Below are positions 21,274 through 29,739 of a stretch of 64,000 nt of DNA, piece after piece. Below the pieces are notes generated by a model that worked only from the letters and a program-made list of their open reading frames with translations, was not told the origin of the DNA and ran no database searches. A program made the translations under genes and the position numbers. This DNA comes from an uncultured Collinsella sp. (lineage in GTDB: Bacteria; Actinomycetota; Coriobacteriia; Coriobacteriales; Coriobacteriaceae), in NCBI GenBank assembly GCA_902481895.1, contig CABSYR010000003.1, positions 46,692 through 110,691 of the forward strand, given 5' to 3'. Numbering within the stretch: position 1 is the first letter of the stretch; every line of letters starts with the position of its first letter.

Positions 21274-22209
21274 CTAATTGACACGTTTTCCATTGTGACC
21301 GAAGGGTGTCTGGGCGTGAAGGGCAAACTTGGAGGGCGCATACCTTCCATCCATCATGCGCTCGATAAGACCCTCGAGTTCAAGCGAACCCAAGAGTTTG
21401 AGTACGCCGACAGCATCGAGCGAGACGAGCGCCGCGATGTCGTCGACCTTGAGCGGAGAGGCGATGAGCGCATGCATCACGGTCTGCTGCGTTGGATCCA
21501 GGTCGGCAATGCCGGGAGCATCGGGGCGCGAGTAGCGCAGGGTTCCGTAGATGCGTGAGATAGCCATCTCGATAGATTCCTCGTCGACGATGCAGCAGGC
21601 ACCGTTCGCAATGAGGTAATTCGTGCCACGCGACTCGGGCGATAGGATCGACCCCGGCACGGCAAGAAGTTCGCGCCCCAAATCCATAGCAGCCTCGGCT
21701 GTGGAAAACGTCCCAGAAGGCATACCCGCCTCGGATACAAAGAGGGCTTGCGACAGGGCCGCGATTACGCGATTGCGGCGCGGAAAGGCAAACTTGCGCG
21801 GACCCATGCCCCACGGAGAGATCGACACGACCGCGCCACCCGTATCAAGCGTGCGCGTAATCAGCCCCGCGCTCGAACGCGGGTAGACCACGTCGGCGCC
21901 CGTCCCCAGCACCACAACGTGTTTGCCGCCGGCGTTGACCGCGGCCCAACCCGAGGCCTGGTCACAACCGACCGCACCGCCCGAAACTACCGTCACTCCC
22001 GCCTCAACCGCCACCTTCGCCGCAAGCTCTGCCACGGCAAGACCATACGGCGAGGCCTTTCGCGCACCGATGATGGAGAGCGCGGGCGTCGAAAGCGCCT
22101 CGGGGTTGCCGCGCACATAGAGCGTCTGAGGTACATCAGAAAGCTCCAAAACGGTCTCGGGATACAACGCGTCACCTGGATGCAGCTCGAAGGTCCCCTC
22201 AGCCATCAT
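21274..22209 (-). CDS. dprA: DNA processing protein DprA
   Basis: IIGARKASPYG, VSGGAVGCD and FPRRNRVIAALS motifs, C-terminal winged helix. Start ATG 22209 overlaps the comM stop (ATGA). Confidence 0.93.
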   Translation of the reverse strand: MMAEGTFELHPGDALYPETVLELSDVPQTLYVRGNPEALSTPALSIIGARKASPYGLAVAELAAKVAVEAGVTVVSGGAVGCDQASGWAAVNAGGKHVVVLGTGADVVYPRSSAGLITRTLDTGGAVVSISPWGMGPRKFAFPRRNRVIAALSQALFVSEAGMPSGTFSTAEAAMDLGRELLAVPGSILSPESRGTNYLIANGACCIVDEESIEMAISRIYGTLRYSRPDAPGIADLDPTQQTVMHALIASPLKVDDIAALVSLDAVGVLKLLGSLELEGLIERMMDGRYAPSKFALHAQTPFGHNGKRVN

Positions 22210-23729
22210 TGGTCCCTCCTTCCCTGGTACATCGCCGCCTCGAGCACGTGGTCCTGCGTCACCTGCTCGCTCTCGGCGACATCTGCAATCGTGCGCGCAA
22301 TGCGAACAAGGCGCACGATGCCACGCCCTGTGAGATGCGTGCGCTTCGACAGGCCGAGCACACACTTCTCCGCCGCATCATCGAGCTCAAAGGTCGAAAC
22401 GACGCCGTCAATGGACCGTGTCTCGTCATCCTCGGCCTCGGCATCCGCATCGTCCATGCGGGATTCGCGCCAAGCGCGAAAGGCGCGACCGCGCACAACG
22501 TAGTCACGTAACTCGGCCGACGACATGCCCTCCGCACCCTCGATAATCACTTGAGGGTCGGGACGGGTCACATCGATCATCATGTCGATACGGTCGGCCA
22601 AAGGACCGCGCAGTTTAGACCGATAGCGCTCGACCATCGCCGCCGAGCAGCGACACGGCACCTCGCGATCGCCCAAAAAGCCGCAGGGGCAGGGATTGCT
22701 CGCAGCCAGCAGCTGAAAGCGCGACGGGAAGGTAAAAGCCCCGTCGACGCGTACGATCCTCACGTAGCCGCGCTCGATGGGCTGACGCAGCGTCTGCAGC
22801 ACGCCAGTGGGAAACTCGGCAAGCTCGTCCAAAAAGAGCACGCCGCCATGAGCAAGGCTGATCTCACCCGGGTGCACCGGGCGCCCGCCGCCGATAAGGC
22901 CTGCGGTCGAAATACTGTGGTGGGGACTGCGGAAGGGGCGGTGCCCCGCCAACAAGCCATCAATGTTCTCACCCAAAACCGAATGGATGCACAGTGCCTC
23001 CTGCTGATCCTCAACGGAAAGCTCGGGCAGGATGCCGGTCATACGGCGTGCGAGCATCGTCTTGCCCGATCCCGGAGACCCGATCATGAGCAAGCCGAGT
23101 TCTCCTGCCGCCGCAAGCGCCATGCCGCGTTTAGCGACTTCCTGCCCCAGCACGTCGGCATAGTCGAGCTCGGGCTCAAAGGTCGCCTCGACACCCTCGG
23201 AATCCAAGTAGTGCCGTGCGGCATCGCCCATGCCGTGAGCAAGCTGAGACAGATGGTCGATAAAGCCGCAATCCACGCCCGCGAGTGGCACATGCTGGTC
23301 GGACCTGCCGGCGATAAAAGACAGCCCCATGTCGCGAGCCAATAGCTGAAACGCCACCTCGCCTTTGACAGGAAGCACCGTGCCGTCCAAGCCGAGCTCG
23401 CCGGCGATAAGACAACGATCGAGGTTGTCGCGGGGAATCTGACCATCGGCCGCTAGAACCGCGATGGCGATGGGCAGATCAAAGCCGCTACCGGTCTTGC
23501 GAATATCGCCGGGCGCCAGATTGACCGTAATGCCCGAGCGCGGGATCTCAAAGCCGGCCGAGCGCATCGCACAGCGAATACGACCACGTGACTCCATCAC
23601 CTCCATACTCGGGATGCCGAGCATCTGAATGCCCGGAACGCCGCCGGCAAGCGAGACCTCGACCGTGACGTGAATCGCCTCGACGCCGCGGATGCAGGCC
23701 GCGTGAACGGCAAACGTCTCGAACGCCAT
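22206..23729 (-). CDS. comM: YifB/ComM Mg-chelatase-like AAA+ helicase
   Basis: NLAPGDIRKTGSGFDLPIA, GSPGSGKT, PFRSPHH, GEISLAHGGVLFLDE and NPCPCG motifs. Start ATG 23729. Confidence 0.94.
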   Translation of the reverse strand: MAFETFAVHAACIRGVEAIHVTVEVSLAGGVPGIQMLGIPSMEVMESRGRIRCAMRSAGFEIPRSGITVNLAPGDIRKTGSGFDLPIAIAVLAADGQIPRDNLDRCLIAGELGLDGTVLPVKGEVAFQLLARDMGLSFIAGRSDQHVPLAGVDCGFIDHLSQLAHGMGDAARHYLDSEGVEATFEPELDYADVLGQEVAKRGMALAAAGELGLLMIGSPGSGKTMLARRMTGILPELSVEDQQEALCIHSVLGENIDGLLAGHRPFRSPHHSISTAGLIGGGRPVHPGEISLAHGGVLFLDELAEFPTGVLQTLRQPIERGYVRIVRVDGAFTFPSRFQLLAASNPCPCGFLGDREVPCRCSAAMVERYRSKLRGPLADRIDMMIDVTRPDPQVIIEGAEGMSSAELRDYVVRGRAFRAWRESRMDDADAEAEDDETRSIDGVVSTFELDDAAEKCVLGLSKRTHLTGRGIVRLVRIARTIADVAESEQVTQDHVLEAAMYQGRRDQ

Positions 23730-24214
23730 CACGACACCTGCCAATCGAACGCGTTGTACTGGTGCTCGATCTCGGCAATATGCCCGTCGCGGATGGTGAC
23801 GCCCACGGCATCGAAGCGAATCGCCTTGAGCGGATAATGCTCCATGAGATAGCAACTTGCGATGCGGCGGTAGCGGCGTTGCTTTTGGGCGTCCACGGCC
23901 TCCTCGGGAAAGACCCGCGTGTTGCAATCCAGCGCAACGCGTCTGGTCTTGACCTCGGCCATCACCACGACATCGTCGAGCTCATCGAGCAGCACCAGAT
24001 CGGCCTCGCCCTCGGTGCAACGATAACCCTGCTCCAGCAAGGTGTAGCCGCGCTCGTTAAAGTAGTCGATGGTGATCAGCTCGCCCAGCATGCCCAGCTC
24101 GCGGGGACTGAGTCCCTTGATAAACTCGGGCGTCATCGCCCCGCAGTCGAGCTCGCCGTTTTCCCAACGCTCCTTGAGCTGCTGCGTCTTGCTCTTTTTG
24201 CTTGCGGCACTCAT
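23729..24214 (-). CDS. yraN: YraN family PD-(D/E)xK nuclease
   Basis: GEADLV...EVKTR...PEEAVD...RFDAV. Start ATG 24214 after AAGGAG. Confidence 0.88.
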   Translation of the reverse strand: MSAASKKSKTQQLKERWENGELDCGAMTPEFIKGLSPRELGMLGELITIDYFNERGYTLLEQGYRCTEGEADLVLLDELDDVVVMAEVKTRRVALDCNTRVFPEEAVDAQKQRRYRRIASCYLMEHYPLKAIRFDAVGVTIRDGHIAEIEHQYNAFDWQVS

Positions 24215-24312
24215 GGGGTCTCCTTTCCCGCACACTGCATTGCCCCGATGATGAGGGCACCTTTCATGCGGGTAAGTACCGGAAGCAAACCAAAAGCTGA
24301 CCAAATGCCGAC

Positions 24313-24352
24313 AAAAAACGGGCCGTACGCAGCAATGGTGCTGCATACGGCC
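24313..24352 (-). terminator. intrinsic terminator after rnhB
   Basis: Minus strand GGCCGTATGCAGCA-CCAT-TGCTGCGTACGGCC-CGTTTTTT. Confidence 0.7.
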
Positions 24353-24403
24353 AGCTACCAGCAGGTTTATAAAACCCCAGAGGTCCCTGTCTCCACAATT
24401 GGC

Positions 24404-25192
24404 CTAGAAAAGGCGCTCAGTCTGCAGAAAGTTTCCGCAAAAGCTCACGCGATGCAGCGGACAAAGTCCATGTTTGCGAATGGCCTCGATGTGCTCGGGG
24501 CTCGCATAGCCCTTCGACTCGGCCAGATGGTACTCGGGGTACTCGGCGTCGTACTCGACCATCATCTCGTCACGCGTGACCTTGGCCATGATGGACGCTG
24601 CGGCGATGCAGGCGATCTTGGCATCGCCTTTCACCACATCGCGCTCGTTAGGAACAGCGCCCAAGGGGTTGCCATCCATGAGGACGCAGTCGGGCTCGAG
24701 CCCCGTATCGGCCACGGCGCCCGCAACGGCGGTACGGATAGCACGGGCCATGCCCATCTCATCGATATCCTTAGGCGCGATATGGCAAAAACCGATCGCC
24801 GTCGCCACCTCGGCAATCTTCACTGAGAGCAACTCGCGGCGCGCCGGCGTGAGCTTTTTGGAATCGTTGATGCCCCAGACGCGCGGCTCCATGGGAAGGC
24901 ACACGGCACACACCGTCAGGGGACCGGCCACCGATCCGCGACCCACCTCGTCGACACCAACGACCACCCCATCGCCGCCAAACTCATGCATAAGCTCGTA
25001 CATGTCATTGACGCGCTCGCGCTCGGCAAGTTCCTTAGCATGGCGTTTGAGGGCGCGTTCACAAGCCTTGATCACCTGCTGGCGCGGGTCCTCGCGATAA
25101 TGCTCCACGAGGGCGGGGATCTCCTCAAACGTTGCGCTCGCTAGCTCTCCGGCAACCTGCGATGCCGAAACCGAGCTCGTCATATTGGCCAT
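24404..25192 (-). CDS. rnhB: ribonuclease HII
   Basis: GVDEVGRG, DSKKL, KGDAK..IAAASIMAKVTRD and HRVSF motifs. Start uncertain. Confidence 0.95.
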   Translation of the reverse strand: MANMTSSVSASQVAGELASATFEEIPALVEHYREDPRQQVIKACERALKRHAKELAERERVNDMYELMHEFGGDGVVVGVDEVGRGSVAGPLTVCAVCLPMEPRVWGINDSKKLTPARRELLSVKIAEVATAIGFCHIAPKDIDEMGMARAIRTAVAGAVADTGLEPDCVLMDGNPLGAVPNERDVVKGDAKIACIAAASIMAKVTRDEMMVEYDAEYPEYHLAESKGYASPEHIEAIRKHGLCPLHRVSFCGNFLQTERLF

Positions 25193-25221
25193 ACCAGGCC
25201 CTCCTTGCATGCAAATCAGAT

Positions 25222-25251
25222 AAAAAGAAGGGCCACCCGAAGGTGACCCTT
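25222..25251 (-). terminator. intrinsic terminator after rplS
   Basis: AAGGGTCACC-TTCG-GGTGGCCCTT followed by CTTTTT on the minus strand. Confidence 0.75.
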
Positions 25252-25285
25252 ACGTCCAAACGAGTGGACAGACGCTGCGATCTTC

Positions 25286-25627
25286 TTAGCGCTTCTCGGG
25301 AATGCGAGCAGCCTTGCCCACCTTGTCGCGGAGGTAGTACAGCTTGGCGCGACGGACGCGACCATGACGAACGACCTCGAGCTTGGCGATCTTGGGGCTG
25401 TGAAGCGGGAAGGTACGCTCAACACCGACACCGAAGGACATCTTGCGGACGGTGAAGGTCTCGCGGGCACCGGCGCCGGCCATGCGGATGACGTCGCCCT
25501 GGAAGACCTGGATGCGCTCGCGGTCGCCTTCCTTAATGCGGTAGTGAACCTTGACGTTGTCGGCGACGCGAACCTGAGGAATGTCCTCGCGGATCTGCTG
25601 ACGCTCGATTGCGCGGATGTAATCCAT
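25286..25627 (-). CDS. rplS: 50S ribosomal protein L19
   Basis: [25 protein letters not shown] and [12 protein letters not shown] motifs. Confidence 0.98.
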   Translation of the reverse strand: MDYIRAIERQQIREDIPQVRVADNVKVHYRIKEGDRERIQVFQGDVIRMAGAGARETFTVRKMSFGVGVERTFPLHSPKIAKLEVVRHGRVRRAKLYYLRDKVGKAARIPEKR

Positions 25628-25770
25628 GTGCAATTCCTTACTCTTCTAGAGGTGCCGTACCACCATGGCCGGCACGTAGTTGAACAAACGTATTCGAGTA
25701 TACACGCGCGGGTTTCTGCTGCAAGAACAATTTTTTACGCAGACAAAAAGACAAAACCCGCACATGATAA

Positions 25771-25798
25771 CCGCCCGTCTCACAAATGAGACGGGCGG
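25771..25798 (-). terminator. hairpin after ppdK
   Basis: Perfect 12-bp stem CCGCCCGTCTCA-CAAA-TGAGACGGGCGG. Weak U-tail. Confidence 0.6.
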
Positions 25799-25838
25799 CA
25801 TGAGGGGGGGGCTACACTAGGCGTCTACGCCCAAAACG

Positions 25839-28589
25839 TTAGGCGGAACGCTTGGCCTCGAGCTTGGCCTGGGCGGCCGCAAGACGTGCGAGGGGTACGC
25901 GATAGGGCGAGCAGGACACGTAATCCACGTCGGCCACGTTAAACAGGCCCTTGATGGACTTGGGGTCGCCGCCGTGCTCGCCGCACACGCCAAAGTGCAT
26001 GTCGGGATTGGTGGCGCGACCCTTCTCGACGGCCATGCGCACCAGCTCGAGTACCGCCGAGTCGATGGTCTCGAAGGGGTTGTTCTTCAAGATCTTCTTG
26101 TGCATGTACAGCGGGATGAACTTGGCCTCGGCGTCGTCGCGGGAGAAGCCGAAGGTCGTCTGCGTGAGGTCGTTGGTGCCAAAGCAGAAGAAGTCGGCAT
26201 GATGGGCGATCTCGTCGGCAACCATGCAGGCACGCGGCAACTCGAGCATCGTGCCCACGGGAATGTTGAGCTCGACGCCCTCCTCGGCGGATACCTCGGC
26301 GATGACACGCTCGATGACCTCGCGCGTCTGGACATGCTCGGCCGTGATGGAAACGAGCGGAACCATGATCTCGGGGCGCGGGTCGACGCCTTCCTTGATG
26401 AGGCGGGCAGCAGCCGTGGCGACGGCGCGAACCTGCATGAGCGGCAGATCGCTAAAGACGACGGACAGGCGCACACCGCGCAGGCCGAGCATCGGGTTGG
26501 ACTCGACCATGCCGTCGATACGACGCAGGCGGGCGCGCAGGGCTGCAAGCTCTTCCTCGCTGGCGCCGGCGGCTTCCTTCTTGGTGATGGCGACCTCGAG
26601 CTCGCGAGGATTATCCAGGAACTCATGAAGCGGCGGATCGAGCAGGCGGACGACCACATCGCGACCGGACATGGTCTTGAACATCGCCAGGAAGTCCTCG
26701 GTCTGAACCTTGAGCAGGTCGGCCAGGGCCTGCTGCTTCACGGCCTCATCGTCAGACAGGATAAAGCTCTGGATGATGTTCTTGCGATCGCCCAGGAACA
26801 TGTGCTCGGTGCGGCACAGGCCAATAGCCTCGGCGCCAAACTCGAGGGCGAGCTCGGCATCCTCGGGATTGTCGGCGTTGACGCGCACATGGTTGGCATG
26901 GCCACAGGTCTCGTCCAGGCGAATCTCGTCGGCCCAGGACAGGATGGTGTCCAGGTCGCCGGTAAGCTCGGCGGAGACCAGGTCGACGGGACCGTCGACG
27001 ACGATGCCCTGGGTGCCGTCGATGGAGATGACATCGCCCTCGTTCAATACGCGGTCGCTGCCCTCGATGCGCACGACCTTCTCGGCGGCGTCGATGTGGA
27101 AGCGCTCAACGCCGCAGACGCAGGGCGTACCCATGCCGCGGGCGATAACGGCGGCATGGCTCGTCTTGCCACCGTGGCTGGTCAGGATGCCCTCGGCGGC
27201 GACCATGCCCTTCAGGTCGTCGGGGTTGGTCTCCCAACGAACCAGAATGACCTTGTGACCCTCGGCGGAACGCGCGACAGCGTCGTCGCTCGAGAACACG
27301 ACCTCGCCCACGGCGGCACCGGGGCTGGCATTAAGACCGCTGGCGAGAGCCTCGTACTTCTTGGAGGCGTCAAACTGCGGGTGAAGGAGCTGGTCGAGTT
27401 GCGCGGGATCGATACGGCTCACGGCCTCTTCGCGGGTGATCAGGCCTTCCTCGACCATTTCGATGGCGATGCGCAGGGCGGCGGTGGCAGTACGCTTGCC
27501 CACGCGGGTCTGGAGCATCCAGAGCTTGCCCTGCTCGATGGTGAACTCGATATCGCACATATCGCGGTAATGATCCTCGAGCGTCAGGAACACGCGCTCG
27601 AGCTCCTCACCTGCGGACTCGAGGCCCGGGGTGGTCTTGAGGTCGGCGATGGGCTCGGTGTTGCGGATACCGGCGACGACGTCCTCGCCCTGGGCGTTGA
27701 CCAAAAAGTCACCGTAGAACTCCTTGGTGCCGTCGGCCGGATTGCGCGTAAAGGCGACGCCCGTCGCAGAGGTCTCGCCCTTGTTGCCAAAGGCCATGGC
27801 CTGGACGTTGACGGCGGTGCCGAGCTCGTCGGAGATGCCGTGCTGTTTGCGATAGATGCAGGCGCGCTCGTTCATCCAGCTGCCAAAGACGGCCTGGATG
27901 GCAAGGCGCAGCTGGAGCTCCGGATCGTGTGGGAAGACGGGCTTGCCGTCAGCGACCTCGAGCTCGGGATACAGGGCGGCATCGACGTTCTCGGAGAAGA
28001 TGCCCTTAAAAGTCTCGACGAGTTCCTGCAGGTCCTCGGCCGAAAGCTCGGAATCGACGCGAACGCCGGCGACCAGACGGGCCTGGGTCAGGGCGTTCTC
28101 GAACAGGTCGGCGTCAACGCCCATGACGACGTTGGAAAACATCTGGATAAAGCGGCGGTAGCTATCCCAAGCAAAGCGCGGGTTTTGCGTCTGGGCAATG
28201 AGACCCTGAACGGAGTCGTCGTTGAGACCCAAGTTGAGGACCGTGTCCATCATGCCGGGCATGGAAAACGGAGCGCCCGAGCGAACCGACACGAGCAGCG
28301 GATCGGAGGCGTCACCGAGCTTTTTGCCGCAGCGGGACTCGAGGTCTTCCTCGGCGGCAACGATCTCATCGAGCGCGCCTTCGGGCCAGACGTTGCCGGC
28401 ACCGGAGTACTCGACACAGGTCTGGCAGGTAATGGTAAAACCACCGGGAACCGGCAGGCCGATGCGGCTCATCTCGGCAAGGTTTGCGCCCTTGCCGCCA
28501 AGCACGAAGTTCATGGACTTGTCGCCCTCGGTGACACAGGTGCCCTGGGCGTCGGTTCCAAAACGGTAAACCCTCTTGCAATCGCTCAC
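25839..28589 (-). CDS. ppdK: pyruvate, phosphate dikinase
   Basis: LGGKGANLAEM, SVRSGA..SMPGMMDTVLNLG, GGKTSHAAV (phospho-His with regulatory Thr), GLCRTEHMF and GVCGEHGG motifs. Confidence 0.97.
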   Translation of the reverse strand: MSDCKRVYRFGTDAQGTCVTEGDKSMNFVLGGKGANLAEMSRIGLPVPGGFTITCQTCVEYSGAGNVWPEGALDEIVAAEEDLESRCGKKLGDASDPLLVSVRSGAPFSMPGMMDTVLNLGLNDDSVQGLIAQTQNPRFAWDSYRRFIQMFSNVVMGVDADLFENALTQARLVAGVRVDSELSAEDLQELVETFKGIFSENVDAALYPELEVADGKPVFPHDPELQLRLAIQAVFGSWMNERACIYRKQHGISDELGTAVNVQAMAFGNKGETSATGVAFTRNPADGTKEFYGDFLVNAQGEDVVAGIRNTEPIADLKTTPGLESAGEELERVFLTLEDHYRDMCDIEFTIEQGKLWMLQTRVGKRTATAALRIAIEMVEEGLITREEAVSRIDPAQLDQLLHPQFDASKKYEALASGLNASPGAAVGEVVFSSDDAVARSAEGHKVILVRWETNPDDLKGMVAAEGILTSHGGKTSHAAVIARGMGTPCVCGVERFHIDAAEKVVRIEGSDRVLNEGDVISIDGTQGIVVDGPVDLVSAELTGDLDTILSWADEIRLDETCGHANHVRVNADNPEDAELALEFGAEAIGLCRTEHMFLGDRKNIIQSFILSDDEAVKQQALADLLKVQTEDFLAMFKTMSGRDVVVRLLDPPLHEFLDNPRELEVAITKKEAAGASEEELAALRARLRRIDGMVESNPMLGLRGVRLSVVFSDLPLMQVRAVATAAARLIKEGVDPRPEIMVPLVSITAEHVQTREVIERVIAEVSAEEGVELNIPVGTMLELPRACMVADEIAHHADFFCFGTNDLTQTTFGFSRDDAEAKFIPLYMHKKILKNNPFETIDSAVLELVRMAVEKGRATNPDMHFGVCGEHGGDPKSIKGLFNVADVDYVSCSPYRVPLARLAAAQAKLEAKRSA

Positions 28590-28838
28590 GATACTTCCCC
28601 TTCCATGCGCTTACGCACACGACCGTGGTAACGAATCGACCCGCCAGATGCGGGCCATGAGGGAACTATACGGCGGGTTTTGAGCGGGCTTAAGCAGAGG
28701 ATGCGCGGTTTGGTAAACGTGCTAAAACTGGCGGTAAATGGTAGGTAAAGGTGGTTACCTTATGAAGATACCACTGTAAGAAAGTGCAGGTCAGATGCGA
28801 TATTTTTGCTAAATCGCTTTATCAAAATGCTGCTACTG

Positions 28839-29705
28839 TTAGGCTCGACGGGCGGCGCGGCGGGCACGGGCTTCTTGGATTTCCTCCAAGTGGCTAATGA
28901 TCTCGGCAGCGCTCTCCTCGATGGCCTTGCCGTCGGTACGCACCACAAAGCAGCCTAGCCGCTTCATGAGGGAACGGGCTTCCTCGAGCTCGCTGCGCAC
29001 GCTCTCGGGCTCGGCATAGGAGCCGGCAACGGCACGAGCGTAGTCATCGCCCAAGCGGCTATCGCGAATTTCGGAAATCACATCGACGGTCGAAATCAGG
29101 CCGAACAGGCGCATCGGGTCGACCTCGTAAATCGACTTCGGCGGCTCCATGCCATGGGCCAACGGAACATTGGCAACCTTGTAGCCCTGATAAGCCAGAT
29201 ACATCGACAGCGGCGTCTTGGACGTGCGCGATACGCCCAGCAGCACGATATCGGCACCCGACAAATCGTCGCAACCGCGCCCGTCATCGTGCTCAACGAA
29301 ATATTCCATGGCCTCGATACGATGGAAATAGCGGTCATCGGTCCTGTGAATCACGCCCGCGACGCCTTTGGGCGGCACACCGATGAGCGACGATAGCACG
29401 GCGAGCGTCGGGCCGATCAGGTCGACCGAGCGGATATGCAGCATACCCAGGTAATCGAGCACGCGGGCGCGCAGCGCCGGATCGACAATGGTATGGAACA
29501 CGGCAATATCGCGATGGTCTGCATCGACACGCGGGCCCACAAATGACTTGACCTGCTCCACGGAGGTCAACTTGGGCAGGCGTAAAACGCGAAAAGCCCC
29601 TTCATCAAATTGCCCGGACGCCGCAAGCACCACCTCACAAGCGGTATCGCCGAGCGAGTCGGAGATAACGATAACGGTGGGACGAGCGGTGACCGGGCAA
29701 TCCAT
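28839..29705 (-). CDS. PPDK/PEP synthase regulatory protein (kinase/pyrophosphorylase, DUF299)
   Basis: ISDSLGDTA, HDDG and GVSRTSKTPLSMYLA motifs. Directly upstream of ppdK. Confidence 0.92.
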   Translation of the reverse strand: MDCPVTARPTVIVISDSLGDTACEVVLAASGQFDEGAFRVLRLPKLTSVEQVKSFVGPRVDADHRDIAVFHTIVDPALRARVLDYLGMLHIRSVDLIGPTLAVLSSLIGVPPKGVAGVIHRTDDRYFHRIEAMEYFVEHDDGRGCDDLSGADIVLLGVSRTSKTPLSMYLAYQGYKVANVPLAHGMEPPKSIYEVDPMRLFGLISTVDVISEIRDSRLGDDYARAVAGSYAEPESVRSELEEARSLMKRLGCFVVRTDGKAIEESAAEIISHLEEIQEARARRAARRA

Positions 29706-29739
29706 GCGGGGCTCCTTTTGCGCTTACGCGCAGGCTGGC

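Noticed and set aside
24372..24402. CCCTGTCTCCACAATT, and the CCCGTCTCACAAATGAG core at 25775, as further copies of the GGGTAG repeat
   Set aside because: Similarity is short and lacks the GGGTAG/CTACCC ends, so it cannot be distinguished from chance by eye.
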